Shown here piece by piece: positions 46,001-59,610 of a DNA stretch of 64,000 bases. A program made the position numbers and the translations under genes. This DNA comes from an uncultured Planctomycetota bacterium (lineage in GTDB: Bacteria > Planctomycetota > Planctomycetia > Isosphaerales > Isosphaeraceae). The stretch spans positions 5,248,001 to 5,312,000 of the forward strand of contig CAVTTN010000002.1 in assembly GCA_963737655.1 (NCBI GenBank), in the 5' to 3' direction. Below the pieces are notes generated by a model, which saw nothing but the letters and a program-made list of their open reading frames with translations, was not told the origin of the DNA and did no database searches. Every line of letters begins with the position of its first letter. The first letter of the stretch is position 1.

Positions 46001-49000
46001 AGAACGGTTCGGATTCGAACCTGATCGGCGCCTCCCAGGCCGACGCCCAGGCGCACGCCGGCGCCGCGTTCGACCTCACCCCATCCCCCTCCGGCAACAC
46101 GATCGCGTACAACGGGGGGGACGGCGTCCACATCGTGGATGCCACCCTCCCCGCCCCGGCGGCCGGCGGCCAGTCGGTCTCGATCCTCTCCAACGCCATC
46201 TTCCTGAACGTCGGCGGCGGGATCGTGATCGGCCCGCTGAGCAACATCGACCCGGGCACCGGCAAGACCGTCCAGGCCCCGGCGATCGCCGTCTTGACCT
46301 TCTCGGCGCCGTTCACCGCCCATGAAGACACCTACATCACGGCCACCGTGACCGGCGGGCCGAACACCACCTACACCGTGCAGTTCTTCGACAACGCCAC
46401 GAACGACGACGAAGGGCGGACCCTCCTCGGCACCCGGACCGTGACGACCGACGCCTCCGGGTCCGCGACCTTCACCGCCCAGGTCAGCGGGTTCGCCGAC
46501 CTCAACGGCTTCTACACGGCCACGCTCACGTCGCCCGACGGCAGCACCTCGGAGTTCTCGGCGACGACGAAGGCGACCGATGCCCTGGTCGTCACGAACG
46601 CCAACGCCACCGGCCCCGGCTCGCTGAACACCGCCATCGCCAACGCCGATTTCCACGCCGGCGTCGCCGACATCGTCCACTTCAACATCCCCGCCGCGCC
46701 GACTCCGTACACGATCGCCCTGAACGGCACCCCCCTGCCGGCGATCACCGACCCGATCAGCTTCGATTACACGGGCCAAGCCGGCTACGACGCCAAGACC
46801 TGCGTGCCGATCATCGTCCTCGACGGCACGAACACGCCGGGAGACGGCCTGAGCCTCTCGGGCAACGCCGGGGGAGCTCGATCTCCGGGTTCGTGATCGA
46901 GAACTTCGCCACGGGCAACGGGATCAGCGTCAACAGCGTGCCGAACGTCGCGATTTATTGCGACTACATCGGCACCGACTTCACCGGCAACGCCAAGGCG
47001 AGCAACGGCCTGGACGGCATCCTGATCGCCGGCAACTCGCCCGGGACGACGATCGGCGCCTCGTCCGCCCCGTCTCCCCTGATCGTCGGCGGCAACCTTC
47101 AGAACGGCATCGAGATCAAAACGACCGTCTCCGGGACGACGATCCTCGACACGAACGTCGGCATCGGCGCCGACGGCAAGACGGCCGTGGCGAACTCTCT
47201 GGACGGCATCCTCGTCAACAACGCCCCGGGCGTGACGATCGGGCCGAGGAACGTGATCTCGGCGAACCTTCAGAACGGCGTGGACATCGTCGGAGATCCC
47301 GCCTCGAAAACGATCGTCCGAGCTAGCTTGATTGGCACCGACTCGCTCGGCACGCTCGCCCGAGGGAACGCCAGGGACGGCATCCTGATCACCAACGCCT
47401 CGCACGTGACGATCGGAGGAGCCGCCCCGGCCGACCTCAACGTCATCTCGGCGAACAAGGGCAACGGCATCGAGACCGTCGGCTCGACCGTGACGGGCAC
47501 GCTGATCACCGGCGACTATATCGGCACCACGCTCGACGGCAAGCTCGCCCTCGGAAACGGCGGCTGGGGCGTCTCGATCGGCGGAGGCACGGCGAACACG
47601 ATTGGCTCGACGGCCGCGAGCCCGACGTTCCTGATCTCGGCCAACAGCCTCGGCGGAGTGGCCCTGGGATCGTCGATGAGCGCGATCGTCAACGGCTACC
47701 TCGGCACGGCGATCGACGGCAAGACGGCCCTGGGGAACATCGGCGACGGCGTGCTGGTCACGGCGAAGAACAACACGCTGACGGGCCTGGTGATCTCCGC
47801 GAACACCGGCAACGGCGTGAACGTGACGGGGGCGTCGGTCACGGGGACGGTCATCCAGAAGAGCTTCATCGGCACCACGTTCGACGGCCTCACCCCTCTG
47901 GGCAACTCGCTGACGGGGATCATCCTCGGCAGCGGCGCCTCGGCCGCGACGATCGGCGGATCGGCGGCGGGCGCGGGCAACGTGATCTCGGCCAACAGCG
48001 CCGGGGGCATCGCGATCAGCGGGGCGGCCACGGTCTCGGGCAGCCTGGTCGAGGGGAACACGATCGGGGCGAACGTCAACGGCCTCGGCGGCTCGATCTT
48101 CGGCAACACGGGCAACGGGGTGGTGATCTCCGGGGTACCGGGCAACACCGTCTCCGGCAACCTCGTCGCGCACAACACCGCCAACGGGATCGAGGCGGCC
48201 GGCAACTCGCTGGATCGGTTCCTGAACAACACCGTGACCGCCAACACGCTGGCCGGGATCTTCCTGAACGTCACGCTGGCCAGCACCATCTCGGGCAACT
48301 CGATCACCGGGAACCTGGGCGATGGGGTGACGGTCGCCGATGGCGTCCTGGACCTCGTCGCGTCGAACACCATCACCGGCAACGGGGCCGAAGGGGTCGA
48401 TTTCTCCGGGACGACCTCCAGCACGATCTCCGGCAACGGGGTCTCGACCAACGGCGCCGACGGCGTCCTGATCGCGGGCGGCGGCGGGAACCTGATCTCC
48501 GGCAACGGGATCTCGACCAACGGATTCGACGGCCTTGGCATCGTGAGCTCGCCGAGCAATACGGCCACGGTGAACACGATCTCCGACAACGGCGGGATCG
48601 GCGTCTCGCTCAACTCCGCGTCCACGAATACCATCGGCGGGTCGGCCGCGGGCCTCGGCAACCTGATCACCGGCAACGCCTCCCGGGGCGTCCAGGTCGT
48701 GGGTGGGTCGGCGAACCTGTTCCTGGCCAACACGATCGGCGGGGCCGGCGCGGCGGCCAACGGCTCCGACGGCGTTTATCTTGGCGTCACGACCTCCGGC
48801 AACACCATCGGCGCCGGCAACCTGATCTCCGGCAACAAGGGCAACGGCATCCAGATCGAGTCCACCGGCTCGGCCAACCTGATCATCGGCGCGTTGATCG
48901 GGACGACCGCCGACGGCAAGTCGGCCCTCGGCAACTCGATCAACGGCGTCCTCGTCTTCGGCCCGAACAACACGATCGGCGCCGGCACCGTGATCTCGGG

Positions 49001-52000
49001 CAACAAGGCCAACGGCGTCCAGATCGACGGCCTGAACGGGTCTCCCGCCTCGACCGCGAACGGCAACATCCTCACCGGCGTCCTGATCGGGCTGAACCAG
49101 GCCGGGACGGCCGCGATCCCCAACGGCGGCAACGGCGTCCTGATCCTGAATTCGGCCTCGGGCAACGTGGTCGATTCCTCGGTCATCTCCGGGAACTCGC
49201 TGAACGGCGTGGCGATCGTCGGCTACCAGACGACCGGCAACATCGTCGATAAGACCTATCTCGGCACGTCGGCCGACGGCAAGTCCGCGATCGGCAACGG
49301 CGGCGATGGCGTGTTGTTGCAGGATTCGAACGGCAACATCATCGGCTCGGGCGACGTGATCTCGGCCAACGCGGGCAATGGCGTCGAGATTTCGGGGTCT
49401 CTGGCCAGCGCGAACCTGGTGACCGGCGCCCTGATCGGCACCGACGTCTCGGGGTTGAAGCCCCTGGGCAATGCCGGCAACGGCGTCCTGGTCACGAACT
49501 CGGCCTCGTTCACCACGATCTCGGCGACGACCACTTCGGCCAACAAGCTCAACGGCGTGGCCCTGGTCGGCACCGCCACCACGAGCAATGTGCTGTTCTC
49601 CGACAAGATCGGCGTGACGAGCGATGGGAAGGCGTCGCTGGGCAACGGCGGCCTGGGGCTTTTGCTCGATGGTTCCCATCAGAACACGATCGGCGGGGCG
49701 ACCTCGGACACCGTGAATCAGGTCTCGGGCAACTCGCTGGGCGGGGTGCTCGTGACCGGCTTGACCGCGTTCGGCAACGTGTTCCCGGGGAACCTGATCG
49801 GGACGGATGTGACCGGCAAGCTCGTCCTCCCGGGCGATTCGGGCGATGGCTTGACGATCTCCAACGCGCCTCGCAACACCGTGGGCCAGGGGAACGTGAT
49901 CTCGGGGTATCTCGGCAACGGATTGGTGATCACCGGGGCGTCGGCGACCGGGAACCTCGTCACGGGCGTGCTGATCGGGACCGATCAGGCCGGGACGGTC
50001 GCCCTGGGGAACTCGCTCGATGGCGCGGTGATCGGGGGAGGGGCGTCGGGCAACACGATCACCCTCTCGGTCATCTCGGCGAACAAGGGGGACGGCCTGG
50101 CGATCGTCGGCGGGTCATCTGGGAACCTGGTGACGAAGTCGTACATCGGCACGATGTCCAGCGGCTTCGGGGCCCTGGGCAACGGCGGGCTGGGCGTCCG
50201 GATCGACTCGTCGGCGAAGAACACGATCGGCGGGGCGTCGGTCGGCGGGGTGATCGCGGCCAACGGATCGGGCGGCGTGTTGATCCACGGAGCGGCGGCC
50301 TCGGGCAACCTGATCGAGGGGTACTACGTCGGGACGGACGCCTCGGGGATCGCCTCCCCCGTGGCGCCGAGGCTCAATCCCGGCAACGGGATCACCGTGA
50401 GCTCGGCGCCGAACACGACGATCCGAGGCGACGTGATCGGCGCCTTCGCCGGAAGCGGGATCGCCCTGACCGGCCCGGGGACGACCGCCACCTTGATCGT
50501 CGGCGACCAGATCGGCACGGACCGCTTCGGGCTGTCGTCGGCCCTGGGCAACGCGGTCGATGGCGTCCTGATCACCGGCGGGGCGGCGGCGACGACGATC
50601 GGCGGATCGGCGACGGCCGACCGCAACGTGATCGTCAAGAACGGCAACGGGATCGAGGTCACCGGAGCCGGCTCGGGAACGTTGATCCAGGGGAACGATG
50701 TCGGTGTCGGGGCCGACGGCTTCCTGATCCTGTCGAACGTCAACGGGGTCGTCGCGGTGGACTCGCCGGACGTCGCGGTGATCGGCAACGTGATCTCGGG
50801 CAACGGGACGGGCCTCTCGGTCCTGGGGATCACCGGGACGGTGGACGTCCGGGGGAACCTGATCGGCGTGGACTCGACCGGCGCGAAGGCCCGGGGCAAC
50901 GGCCAGGGCGTGGTGATCGCCAGCTCCAACGGGGTCCACCTGGGAGGCCCGGCCGATTCGGATCGCAACGTGATCTCCGGGAGCAACCTGGGCGCGGGCG
51001 GGTCGTTCGCCAATCCCGTCGGCGTGACCTTGACGAGTGACCCGGGCGCCCTGGTCCAGAACAACAATATCGGGACCGATTCGACGGGCGAGGTGGCGAT
51101 CGGCAACGGCGATTTCGGGCTGGCCCTGCTGGCGATGGACCATGCCACGATCACCGGCAACGTGATCTCGGCGAACCTGGAGGGCATCCGGGCCGACACG
51201 CTCACGGTGTCCCTCCTGACCGACAACAAGATCGGGACCGACGCGAAGGGGACGGCCGCCCTGGGCAACACGCTCGACGGGATCGAGCTGATCCGGTCGG
51301 CCGACAACACGATCGGCGCGGGCAACATCGTCTCGGCCAACGGCCTGGACGGGATCGCGATCGAGGGGCCCGACTCGGGCAACGACTCCGGGCCGAGCAC
51401 CGGGAACCTGATCTCGGGGGTGAAGGTCGGCACCGACGCCTCGGGGGCCGCCCCCCTGGGCAACGCCGGCAACGGCGTGATCCTGATCGGGGGCGGGAGC
51501 CACGGGACGGTGATCCTCAACTCGCTGGTCGCCGCCAACCGACAGAACGGCGTGGCGATCGTGGACGGGGCCCCGCTGAACGTCGTGATCGGCAGCACGA
51601 TCGGCGCCGGGACGACCGACGCGGCCGGGACCCTGGGCAATGGCCTGGACGGCGTGAGGATCGCCTCCGGGGCCCACGACAACCTGATCCTCCAGAGCGT
51701 GATCTCCGGCAACGCCGGGGACGGCGTGGGGATCGCCGACCAGGAGACGAGCAACAACCTCATCCTGAACAGCAAGATCGGCACCGACCCGACCGGCACC
51801 GCCGCCGTGCCCAACGGCGGCTCCGGCGTGTTGATCCAGGACGCCGGGTTCAACCAGGTCGGGCCGAACAACCAGATCTCCGGCAACCGCTTCCACGGCG
51901 TGGCGGTCGTCGGGGCGACGGCGGGTGCCAACGCGATCACCGGCAACGTCATCGGGATGACGGCCGACCTGACCCACGCCCTGCCCAACGGCCAGGTCGG

Positions 52001-54115
52001 CGTCCTGCTCTCCGACGCCCAGTTCACGATCATCGGCGGCGCCTACGGGAACGGCGGCAACTTCATCTCCGGGAACGCCGGGGGCGGGATCGCCCTGTAC
52101 AACGGGTCGGGCGACACGCAGATCTTCGGCAACGTGATCGGGATGGGCGCCGACGGCAACATCCCGGCCGGGACGGTCACCAATGGCGCGGTCCCGGGCA
52201 TCCTGATCTCGGACTCCCACTCGACGACCGTCGGCGGCCTCCTGGGCTCGACCGGCAACGTGATCTCGCGGAACACCGGCGACGGGATCGACGTGTTCGG
52301 CTCGGCCTCGGCCGCGACGGCGATCCTCGGCAACTTCATCGGCACCCTTCCCGGCGGCGGAGGGGCCGCGCCCAACGGCCTGGTCGTGACCCAGGCGTCG
52401 GGGCCGCTGAAGGGCGTGGGCCTGGCCGAGGGGGACGGCGTCCTCGTCGTGGGCGCGTCGGGCGTGACCATCGGCGGGTCCGGCTCGGCGGGCAACGTGA
52501 TCTCGGGCAACCTCAAGAACGGCGTCGAGTTCCAGTCGGCAGCGAGCGCCGTGGTCCAGGGCAACAAGATCGGCACCGACGCTTCCGGGACGATCCGGAT
52601 CGCCAACGGCCTGCCGTTCGGCCCGGGATCGCGGATGGAGTTGGCCGATTCCGGCGGGGTGATCGACTCGGAGTTCCTCAACGACGCCGGGGGCAACCCG
52701 GTCAGCCTCAAGAACGCCTATTCCAACGGCGTCCTGGTGGTCGATTCGCCGGGGGCGACGATCGGAGGCGCGGGCGGGCTGGGCAACGTGCTCTCGGGCA
52801 ATGGCTCGAACGGCCTGGTCCTCCAGGGATCGGGGACGTCCGGCGCGTCGGTCGGGGGCAACGTGATCGGCCTGGCGGCCGGGGGTTCGGTGCCCTCGGT
52901 CAGCCTGGGCAACTACGGCGACGGCATCCTGATCGACGGATCGGGGAAGAACGCGATCGGGGCCCCCGGCTCGGGCAACATCATCGCGGCCAACGGGTTC
53001 ACCCGGAGCACGACGTTCCCGACGACCTCGGACCTCACCGCCGGGGTGTTCCTCCAGGGTCAAGGGGCGTCGGGCAACGTCCTCCGGGGCAACACGATCG
53101 GCTCGGACGCCTCGGGGACGACCCGGGCCCCCTGCCCGATCACCTGGTCAATCCGTTCGGCGTGGTGGCCCAGACCGGCGGCCTCGGCGGCGTCTTCCAG
53201 CCGGCCGGCGTGTTCGTCCTGGATGCCCCGAAGAACACGATCGGCGGCGTCCTCGGGTCGTCGGGCAACGTGATCTCGGGCAACGGGTTCGTCGGGGTGG
53301 ACGTCCGGAGCAAGATCGCGGGCTTCGCCACCCAGGCCGACCAGGACGGCGACGGCGGGGACGGCACGCTCGCCGGGGGCAACCTGATCGTCGGCAACTT
53401 CGTCGGGACCAACGCCTCGGGCGGCTCCACGGTGCCCAACGGCTCGACGATCTCGACCGGCACGGTCGGGGCGGGGATCTACGTGAACAAGGCGTCGAAC
53501 ACCACGATCGGGGGCAGCCGGGCCGACGGCGCCGGCAACGTGGTCTCCAACAACCAGGCCTCCGGCGTGGAGATCCTGGGCGACCCGAAGGGGAACACCC
53601 CCAACGGCGCCGGCACGCTCGTCCAGGGCAACATCATCGGCCTGGACCCGACCGGGATGATGGCCCTGGCGAACCTGGCCGACGGCGTGTATGTGGTCAA
53701 CGCCCCGGGAGCGACGATCGGCGGGGTCGGCTCGCCGTTCGTGATCGGCAACGTGATCTCGGGCAACGGGGCCGACGGCATCCACCTGTTCGACTCGGGG
53801 ACCGTCGGCACCCGGATCGGCTCGAACTTCCTCGGGACGGACATCCTGGGCAAGACGAAGACGGGCGTCGGCAACTGCGCCTACGGCATCCTGATCGACG
53901 ACGGCGTGAAGGACGCCAAGGTCTTGAACGGGTCGCAGAGGAACTTCGGCAACGGCTTCGGGCCGGTCCGCGATACGAGGCTCGACTCGTCGGCCGAGCA
54001 CGTCCCGGCCGGCGCCCGCTTGGGCGGCGGGATGGTCTGCACCCCGGGCCAGACCATGAAGGCCAAGGCCCGGCTCCTGCATCACTTCAAGACGGCGAAG
54101 ACGGCCAAGGGCTGA
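43033..54115 (+). CDS. giant (~3,700 aa) parallel beta-helix repeat surface protein with planctomycete export leader (frameshifts at G5 ~46870 and C5 ~53129)
   Basis: RRRSHGRLSLEALEPRQLLAT leader; dozens of GNVISGN/IGTDxxG/GNxxDGV repeats; two YxVQFF...EGRTxLG...GSTSxFS modules; three ORFs join on adding one base at each run. Confidence 0.88.
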
Positions 54116-54191
54116 GAGAGGTTGCCATGCTCGGGGGTCATCGCCCACGAAGACGTGGGCATGACTCCCGGGGATGGCATCGAGCCCGCGA

Positions 54192-55700
54192 TCATCGGAC
54201 GGCCACCGGGGGCGCCCGGCGCCGACTCCCGGCATGCCGATCCCCCGGCCGTTGCCGCCGAACCGCAGGTTGAAGAGGGCCACGATCTCGTAGTCGAACG
54301 GCTTCGGGCCGGTGATCGGGGTCACGTAGGCGAGCGTCAGGAACGCCCTCTGGCGGAGGACCACCGTGGTCCCGAACGTCAGGTTCACGATGTCCGGCTG
54401 GCTGGCCGGGTCGTTGGTGTGGAACCCTCGGTGGTTCAGGGGGACGTTCAGGTGGGTCTCGAACGTCGGGACGATCGCCGTGACCAGCGCGTTCTTCTGC
54501 TTGTTCTGGTAGGCGTAGTAGCCGATGGCCAGGTCCTCGAAGAGGATCGTGGAATCGTTCGGGTCGGTCGGCACGGCGATGGCGGTGAAGCCCTGGAGGT
54601 ACGCCCGTCCCTGGGAGAAGAGGTAGCCGACGAACGGCTGGATCTGGGTGTTGCGGAAGCCGACGATGTTGTTATAGCCGCCGAAGGATTTCGGGCCGGT
54701 CGGCAGGGAGAGGTCCATGCCGAGGGTCAGGAGCTTCCTCCAGTCGTCGCTGGCCATCAGCACATACTTGCCGAAGACGCTGAGGTTGCCGAGGGCCGAG
54801 TGCGTCCCCCCGTAGCCGGGCTGGAAGCTGTCCACGACGATCGTGTTGACCGGCTCGCGGAGGCCGAAGGAGGCCCGGCCGTCGAGGAACGTCTTCTCGA
54901 AGCCGAACAGCTCGCGATAGGCGCGGACGTGGGTGATCGGGGCGAGGACCCTCTGGTTGTAGGAGCGATTGATGTTGTCGTAGAAGTTGAAGTCGCCAAA
55001 AATCCGGTCGATCGGCCGGGGGTCTGGTTCTCGGCGATCTTGAAGCCCCGGATCGGGGCGCTGAGGCCCTTGATCGGCCGGGGGGCGGAGGGGGCGGAGC
55101 CGGGGGGCAGCTCGCTGCCGGTTCCGGCGGCCTGGTAGATGCGGAACGGGAGCATGTCGCCGATGATCCCGGGGGGGGCGCCTCCCGAGCTGAGGCCCTG
55201 GCCCTCCTCGGAGGAGACCGCGGCGCCCGGAGCGGCGGCGCCTCCGGTCGCGCCGAGGCCGCCGGAAGTCCCGTAGGGGCTGGCCATCCCCGGCGCGGTC
55301 GCCCCTCCCGAGGCCATGGCCGTGTTCGGCGATCGGAACTCGGGGGCGCCGAGGGCGGCCCCCTGGAGGGTCATCCCCAGGAACCCCTTGCCGTGGCCGT
55401 GGCCGTGGCCCCGGCCTCCGCACGGGCAATTCGGCCGTGTACAGGCCGGAGAGCCCGGCAGGCCCTGCGGGCTCGCCTTCGCCGGAGGTGCCTGGGGCGT
55501 CGGTAGGGGGGCGAACGGGCCGGCGCCTGGGGGCTCACGACCTCGGACTCACCCCGGGCGGCCCCGGGCGCCGAAGATTCCGGACGCGCGTTCTGGAAAT
55601 AGGCCGACTGGTACGGCGGGTCGTCGGCCCGGGCAATCCCGACCGTCAGGCCGATCAGCGTGAACGCGGCCCCGAGAGCGGCGTAATGCTTTTGATCCAT
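54192..55700 (-). CDS. putative outer-membrane beta-barrel protein (apparent frameshifts at G runs ~55506, ~55018 and ~54208)
   Basis: Signal peptide MDQKHYAALGAAFTLIGLTVGIARA; Pro/Gly linker; FKIAENQTPRPIDRIF; amphipathic strands ending EIVALFNLRF. Confidence 0.7.
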
Positions 55701-56018
55701 CGAATCGGGCTCCTGAGTCGTCCGATTAGGATTTTCGTCCGAACGGCCCCGCTCGGGACCGTACATGCCTTCAGGGGTGGGTCGATTCGAGGGCGGTCCG
55801 GTTGCGCCGGAACCCCGGATTCGTCAACCTCTAGCTGGGATATCGACCATCGGGATTTTTCGGTTTGCAGAATTCGGCCTCTTCCGACAATGATTACTAT
55901 TGTGCGGTTTGCCCCGGCCATGCGAGCGCTCGCCCCGCGAGGAGGCGGCCGCCGTCTCGGGTCGATCGCGTCGAGGCGAGGGGGCCGGCCCGAGGTCGGG
56001 CGCGGGGAGAGGGCAGCC

Positions 56019-59000
56019 ATGAGCGGAGCGTCCGGTCGTCCGGGGGCGATGTGGGGACTCACCGTCCTCCTGAGCATGGTCGCGGCGATGGCCTGGGCCT
56101 CGCCGTCCCGGGCGCAGTATGCGTCCCGGAAGTTCGTGGACGAGCCGATCCTGGTCAACACCGGCGAGGGGCACACGGCCCCGGTGGAGGCCCTGGTCTT
56201 CGACCCCGACACCGGCCGGCTGCTCTCCGGAGGGGACGACAAGGTCATCCACGTCTGGGGCCCGGCCGAGGACGGCCCCCGGCCGCTCCAGACCCTCCGG
56301 CCGCCGATCTGGAGGGGTTTCGGCGGCAGCGTCTGGGCGATGGCGATCAGCCCGGTGGCCGACGCCCAGGGGCAGCGGTGGCTGGCCGTCGCCGGCTATG
56401 GGGTGGCGGCGCAGAGGGGGGAGATCCTCCTGTACCGCTACCCCGGGATCGCCGCCCAGGCGACCGGGGATCTCGTGAAGAAGCTGCCCCCGACCCAGGA
56501 TGGCGGCCTGCCCATCGCCGACCCGGGGCATACCGAACCGGTCCGCGCCCTGGCCTTCTCCCCGGATGGCCGACGGCTCGCCTCGGCCGGGCGCGACGGC
56601 TCGGCGCGAGTCTGGGACCTGGCCACCGGGACGGCGATCGTCTTGAACGTCGGCCCCGGCGAGATCCTCCGAGGCGTGGCGTTCACGCCCGACGGCCGCC
56701 TGGTCGTCACCGGCGGCAACGACGGACTGCTCCGGCTCTGGGACCCCTCCCGGCCCGCCCGGCCAATCCACCAGGTCGGGCCGTTCGACGCCCGAGACAA
56801 TGGCCGCCTGGCGCGATCCAGTGCCTGGCGATCCGCCGGGATGGCCGGGCCGTGATCCTGGGGACCGAGGGGGGCCGGCTCATCCAGGTCGGCCTCCAGG
56901 GCGCGGCCTTCGGCGGGTTCGAAGACCTCCTCCCGGAACGCAAGGACCGCGGGTCGGTGGAGTCCCTGGCGATCAGCCCCGACGGCCTGAAGGTCGCCGC
57001 CGGGGTGATCCTCCGGCGGATCGCCGACCCCCGGGAGCTGCCCGACAGCCGGTCCGAGGTCGTCGTGATCCGCCTGGACACCAGGCTCCCGGACCGGCCG
57101 TCGATGCCCAGCGAGTCGAAGGTCTATGCCTGCGCCTTCTCGGCCGACGGCTCCCGGCTGGCGTTCGCCGACGGGGCCAAGGTGGTCGTCCAGGACCTGG
57201 CCGCCGGGGGAAGCGCGCGGACCCTCAGGGGTCGCGGGGCGGCGATCCCGGCCCTCGGCTTCCTTCGAGACGGCCTGACCGTCGGCTTCGCCCGGTCCCG
57301 GCCCGATCCCGGCTCGGTCCCCTCGTATCGAGGCTTCGACCTCCTCCAACGCCGGGCCGTCCCGGTCCGGGGCGAGGCCCTTCAAGGGGCCGTTACGACC
57401 GACCGCGGCCTGACGATCCGGCCGGCGACCCAGTATTCGCTGAACGTCCTGGACGAGGCCAATCGCGGCTGGACCCTGAATCTCGACTCGAACATGGACG
57501 GCCGATGGCGGTCGTTCAGCTTCTTGCCGGGTCGGCCCCGGCCGATGGTGGCCGTGGGCTGCCGGGTGGGCACGGTCCTGTTCCGGCTCGACGCCGACGG
57601 CCGGGCGGTCCGCACCCACATCTTCGCCGGCCATTCCGGGGACGTCCTGGCCCTCGCCCCCTCGCCCGACGGCAAGTGGCTGGCGACCGGCTCGGAAGAC
57701 CAGACCATCCGGCTCTGGTCGCTCGAGGGCTGCGACCGCCCGGCCGAGCTCGGGGCCACGTTCCTCGCCTCGCCCAATGGCCAGACGGTCGTGGGCGACG
57801 TCCGGCCCATGTCCTTCGCCGAGACCGTCGGCATGAAGCCGGGGGACGTGATCGAGACGTTCCAGTTGAACGATCCCAGGCCCGGATCGCCGACGCTCCT
57901 CCCCTCCCGAGAGGAGTTCCTGAAGAAGATCGCCGAGGGGATCGAGCCCAACACCAAGGTCTCCTTCCACGCCCGCCGCAAGGGGTTCGCGCCGAACGAC
58001 CCGGCCGGCGTCGCCAAGTATGGGACGAGCCTCCGGGACGGCCCGACCCTGACCCTGTTCCCGACCGAGGACCGCGAATGGGTCCTGTGGACGCCCCAGG
58101 GGTATTATGACTCGTCGGTCGAGGGGGATTTCTCGTTCCTGGGCTGGCAGAAGAACCGGGGAAGCCTGGACGGCTGGAAGCCGTCGTTGTTCTTCCGGAT
58201 CAGCGAGTTCGAGCGCGAGCTGAGGAGGCCGGAGGTCCTGGATCGCCTGATCCGGACCGGTCGGATTCGCCCGGCCCTGGCCTCGTCGGCGAAGCCGACG
58301 CTCCGGGCGGCGACGCCCCTTCCTCCGCCGCCCCCGAGGACGCTCGCCCAGGGCTTGCCGAAGGCGCCGAGGGGACCGCTGGTCCGCCCCTCTCCGCCTC
58401 CGGCCGTGGCGACGATCCCCCGCCCTCCGGCCGACGCCCGGCTCGTCCTGGCGACCCCGCCGTCGATCCGGTTCCTCGGGCCCTCGCACCGCGAAGGGGC
58501 GGCCGTCGTCTCCCTGATCCAGACGGTCGAGGTCCGGGTCCAGGTCGAGCCCCAGGACGGCCGTCCGGTGGTCGGGCTGGAGGCGACCGTCGAGGCCTCG
58601 GCCGTCCCGGGCTACCCTCGGCAGATCGCCCCTCGGGCCCAGGCGTTCGAGGACACCTTCCGCGCCTCGCTCCAGCCGGGGCTGAACCGGGTGGTCGTCC
58701 GGGCCCGGAACGACCGGGACAAGGCGGGCGAGGCATCCCTGGAGATCTATTTCGCCGACCCGAAGCCCCGGCCGCCCCGGGTCCTCCTCGTGGCGATCGC
58801 CGCGGGCGCCTTCCCCCAGGCCCCCGAGCACGACATCCGGTTCGCCGAGAAGGACGCCCCGGCCGCCCTGAACGCCCTGAAGGGCCTGGCCGACCGGAGC
58901 AAGCTGGACGTCGAGATGATCGGCCCGCTGACCGGCCAGGCCGCCACCTCGGCCCAGATCGACGGCGTCCTGGACGGCCTCGACCAGGCCATCGAGCGCC

Positions 59001-59581
59001 GGACCGTCCATCCCGGGGACACCGTCGTGATGTTCCTGGAGTCGCACTTCCTCCGGTTCGGTGCCGCCTCGGCGGAGGGGTTCGCCGGGGCCGACCTGAC
59101 CTCGCCGCCCTCGCCGAAGGCGACCATCCCGGCGGCGAAGCTCGCCCACGTCCTCGGCCGCCTCCGCACCGAGGCCCGATGCCAGGTCGTCCTCATGATC
59201 GACGCGATCCACGACGGCGCCTCGCCCCAGCTCCAGACCCGCCCGTTCGATGATTGGGTCCGCGAGCTGACCTTCCGCAAGGGCGTGATCACCGTGATCG
59301 CCTCCAAGGACCTGCCCAGCCTCCGGGGCAACGACCTCGGCCTGTTCGCCTGGGGCCTCACCCAGATCGACCAGCCCCGCAATCGCCAGAGGTTCCTGGG
59401 AATCCGCCGGCCCGAGGTCCCCCTGACGCTCGACGAGCTCGGCCGGGCCCTGTCGGGGGTCGTGGGAGAGGAAAGCAACAGCGAGCAGGCCGTCGGCTAC
59501 TACATCCCGGCCAGCCTCAGCCACCGGACCCCATTCCTCGCCCCGCCGACCGACGGCGGTCGGGTGGTCCGGGCGAAGTGA
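56019..59581 (+). CDS. secreted WD40 + PDZ + Ig-like + pseudo-caspase protein (frameshift at ~56808)
   Basis: Signal peptide; GHT...GGDDKVIHVW, AGRDGSARVWD; PDZ-like VRPMSFAETVGMKPGDVI; WVLWTPQGYYD; C-terminal FLESH/IDAIH. Confidence 0.85.
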
Positions 59582-59610
59582 GGTGACGGGGGCCGGCCCC
59601 CGGTCCCCGG

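Noticed and set aside
43129..53063. Long minus-strand ORFs opposite the beta-helix gene (e.g. 1216, 964 and 982 aa)
   Set aside because: Antisense shadows of a high-GC repetitive gene; no recognisable motifs.
53060..54191. Apparent 1-kb overlap of the barrel ORF with the beta-helix gene
   Set aside because: One extra base in the G5 run at ~54208 gives a stop at 54192 and removes the overlap.
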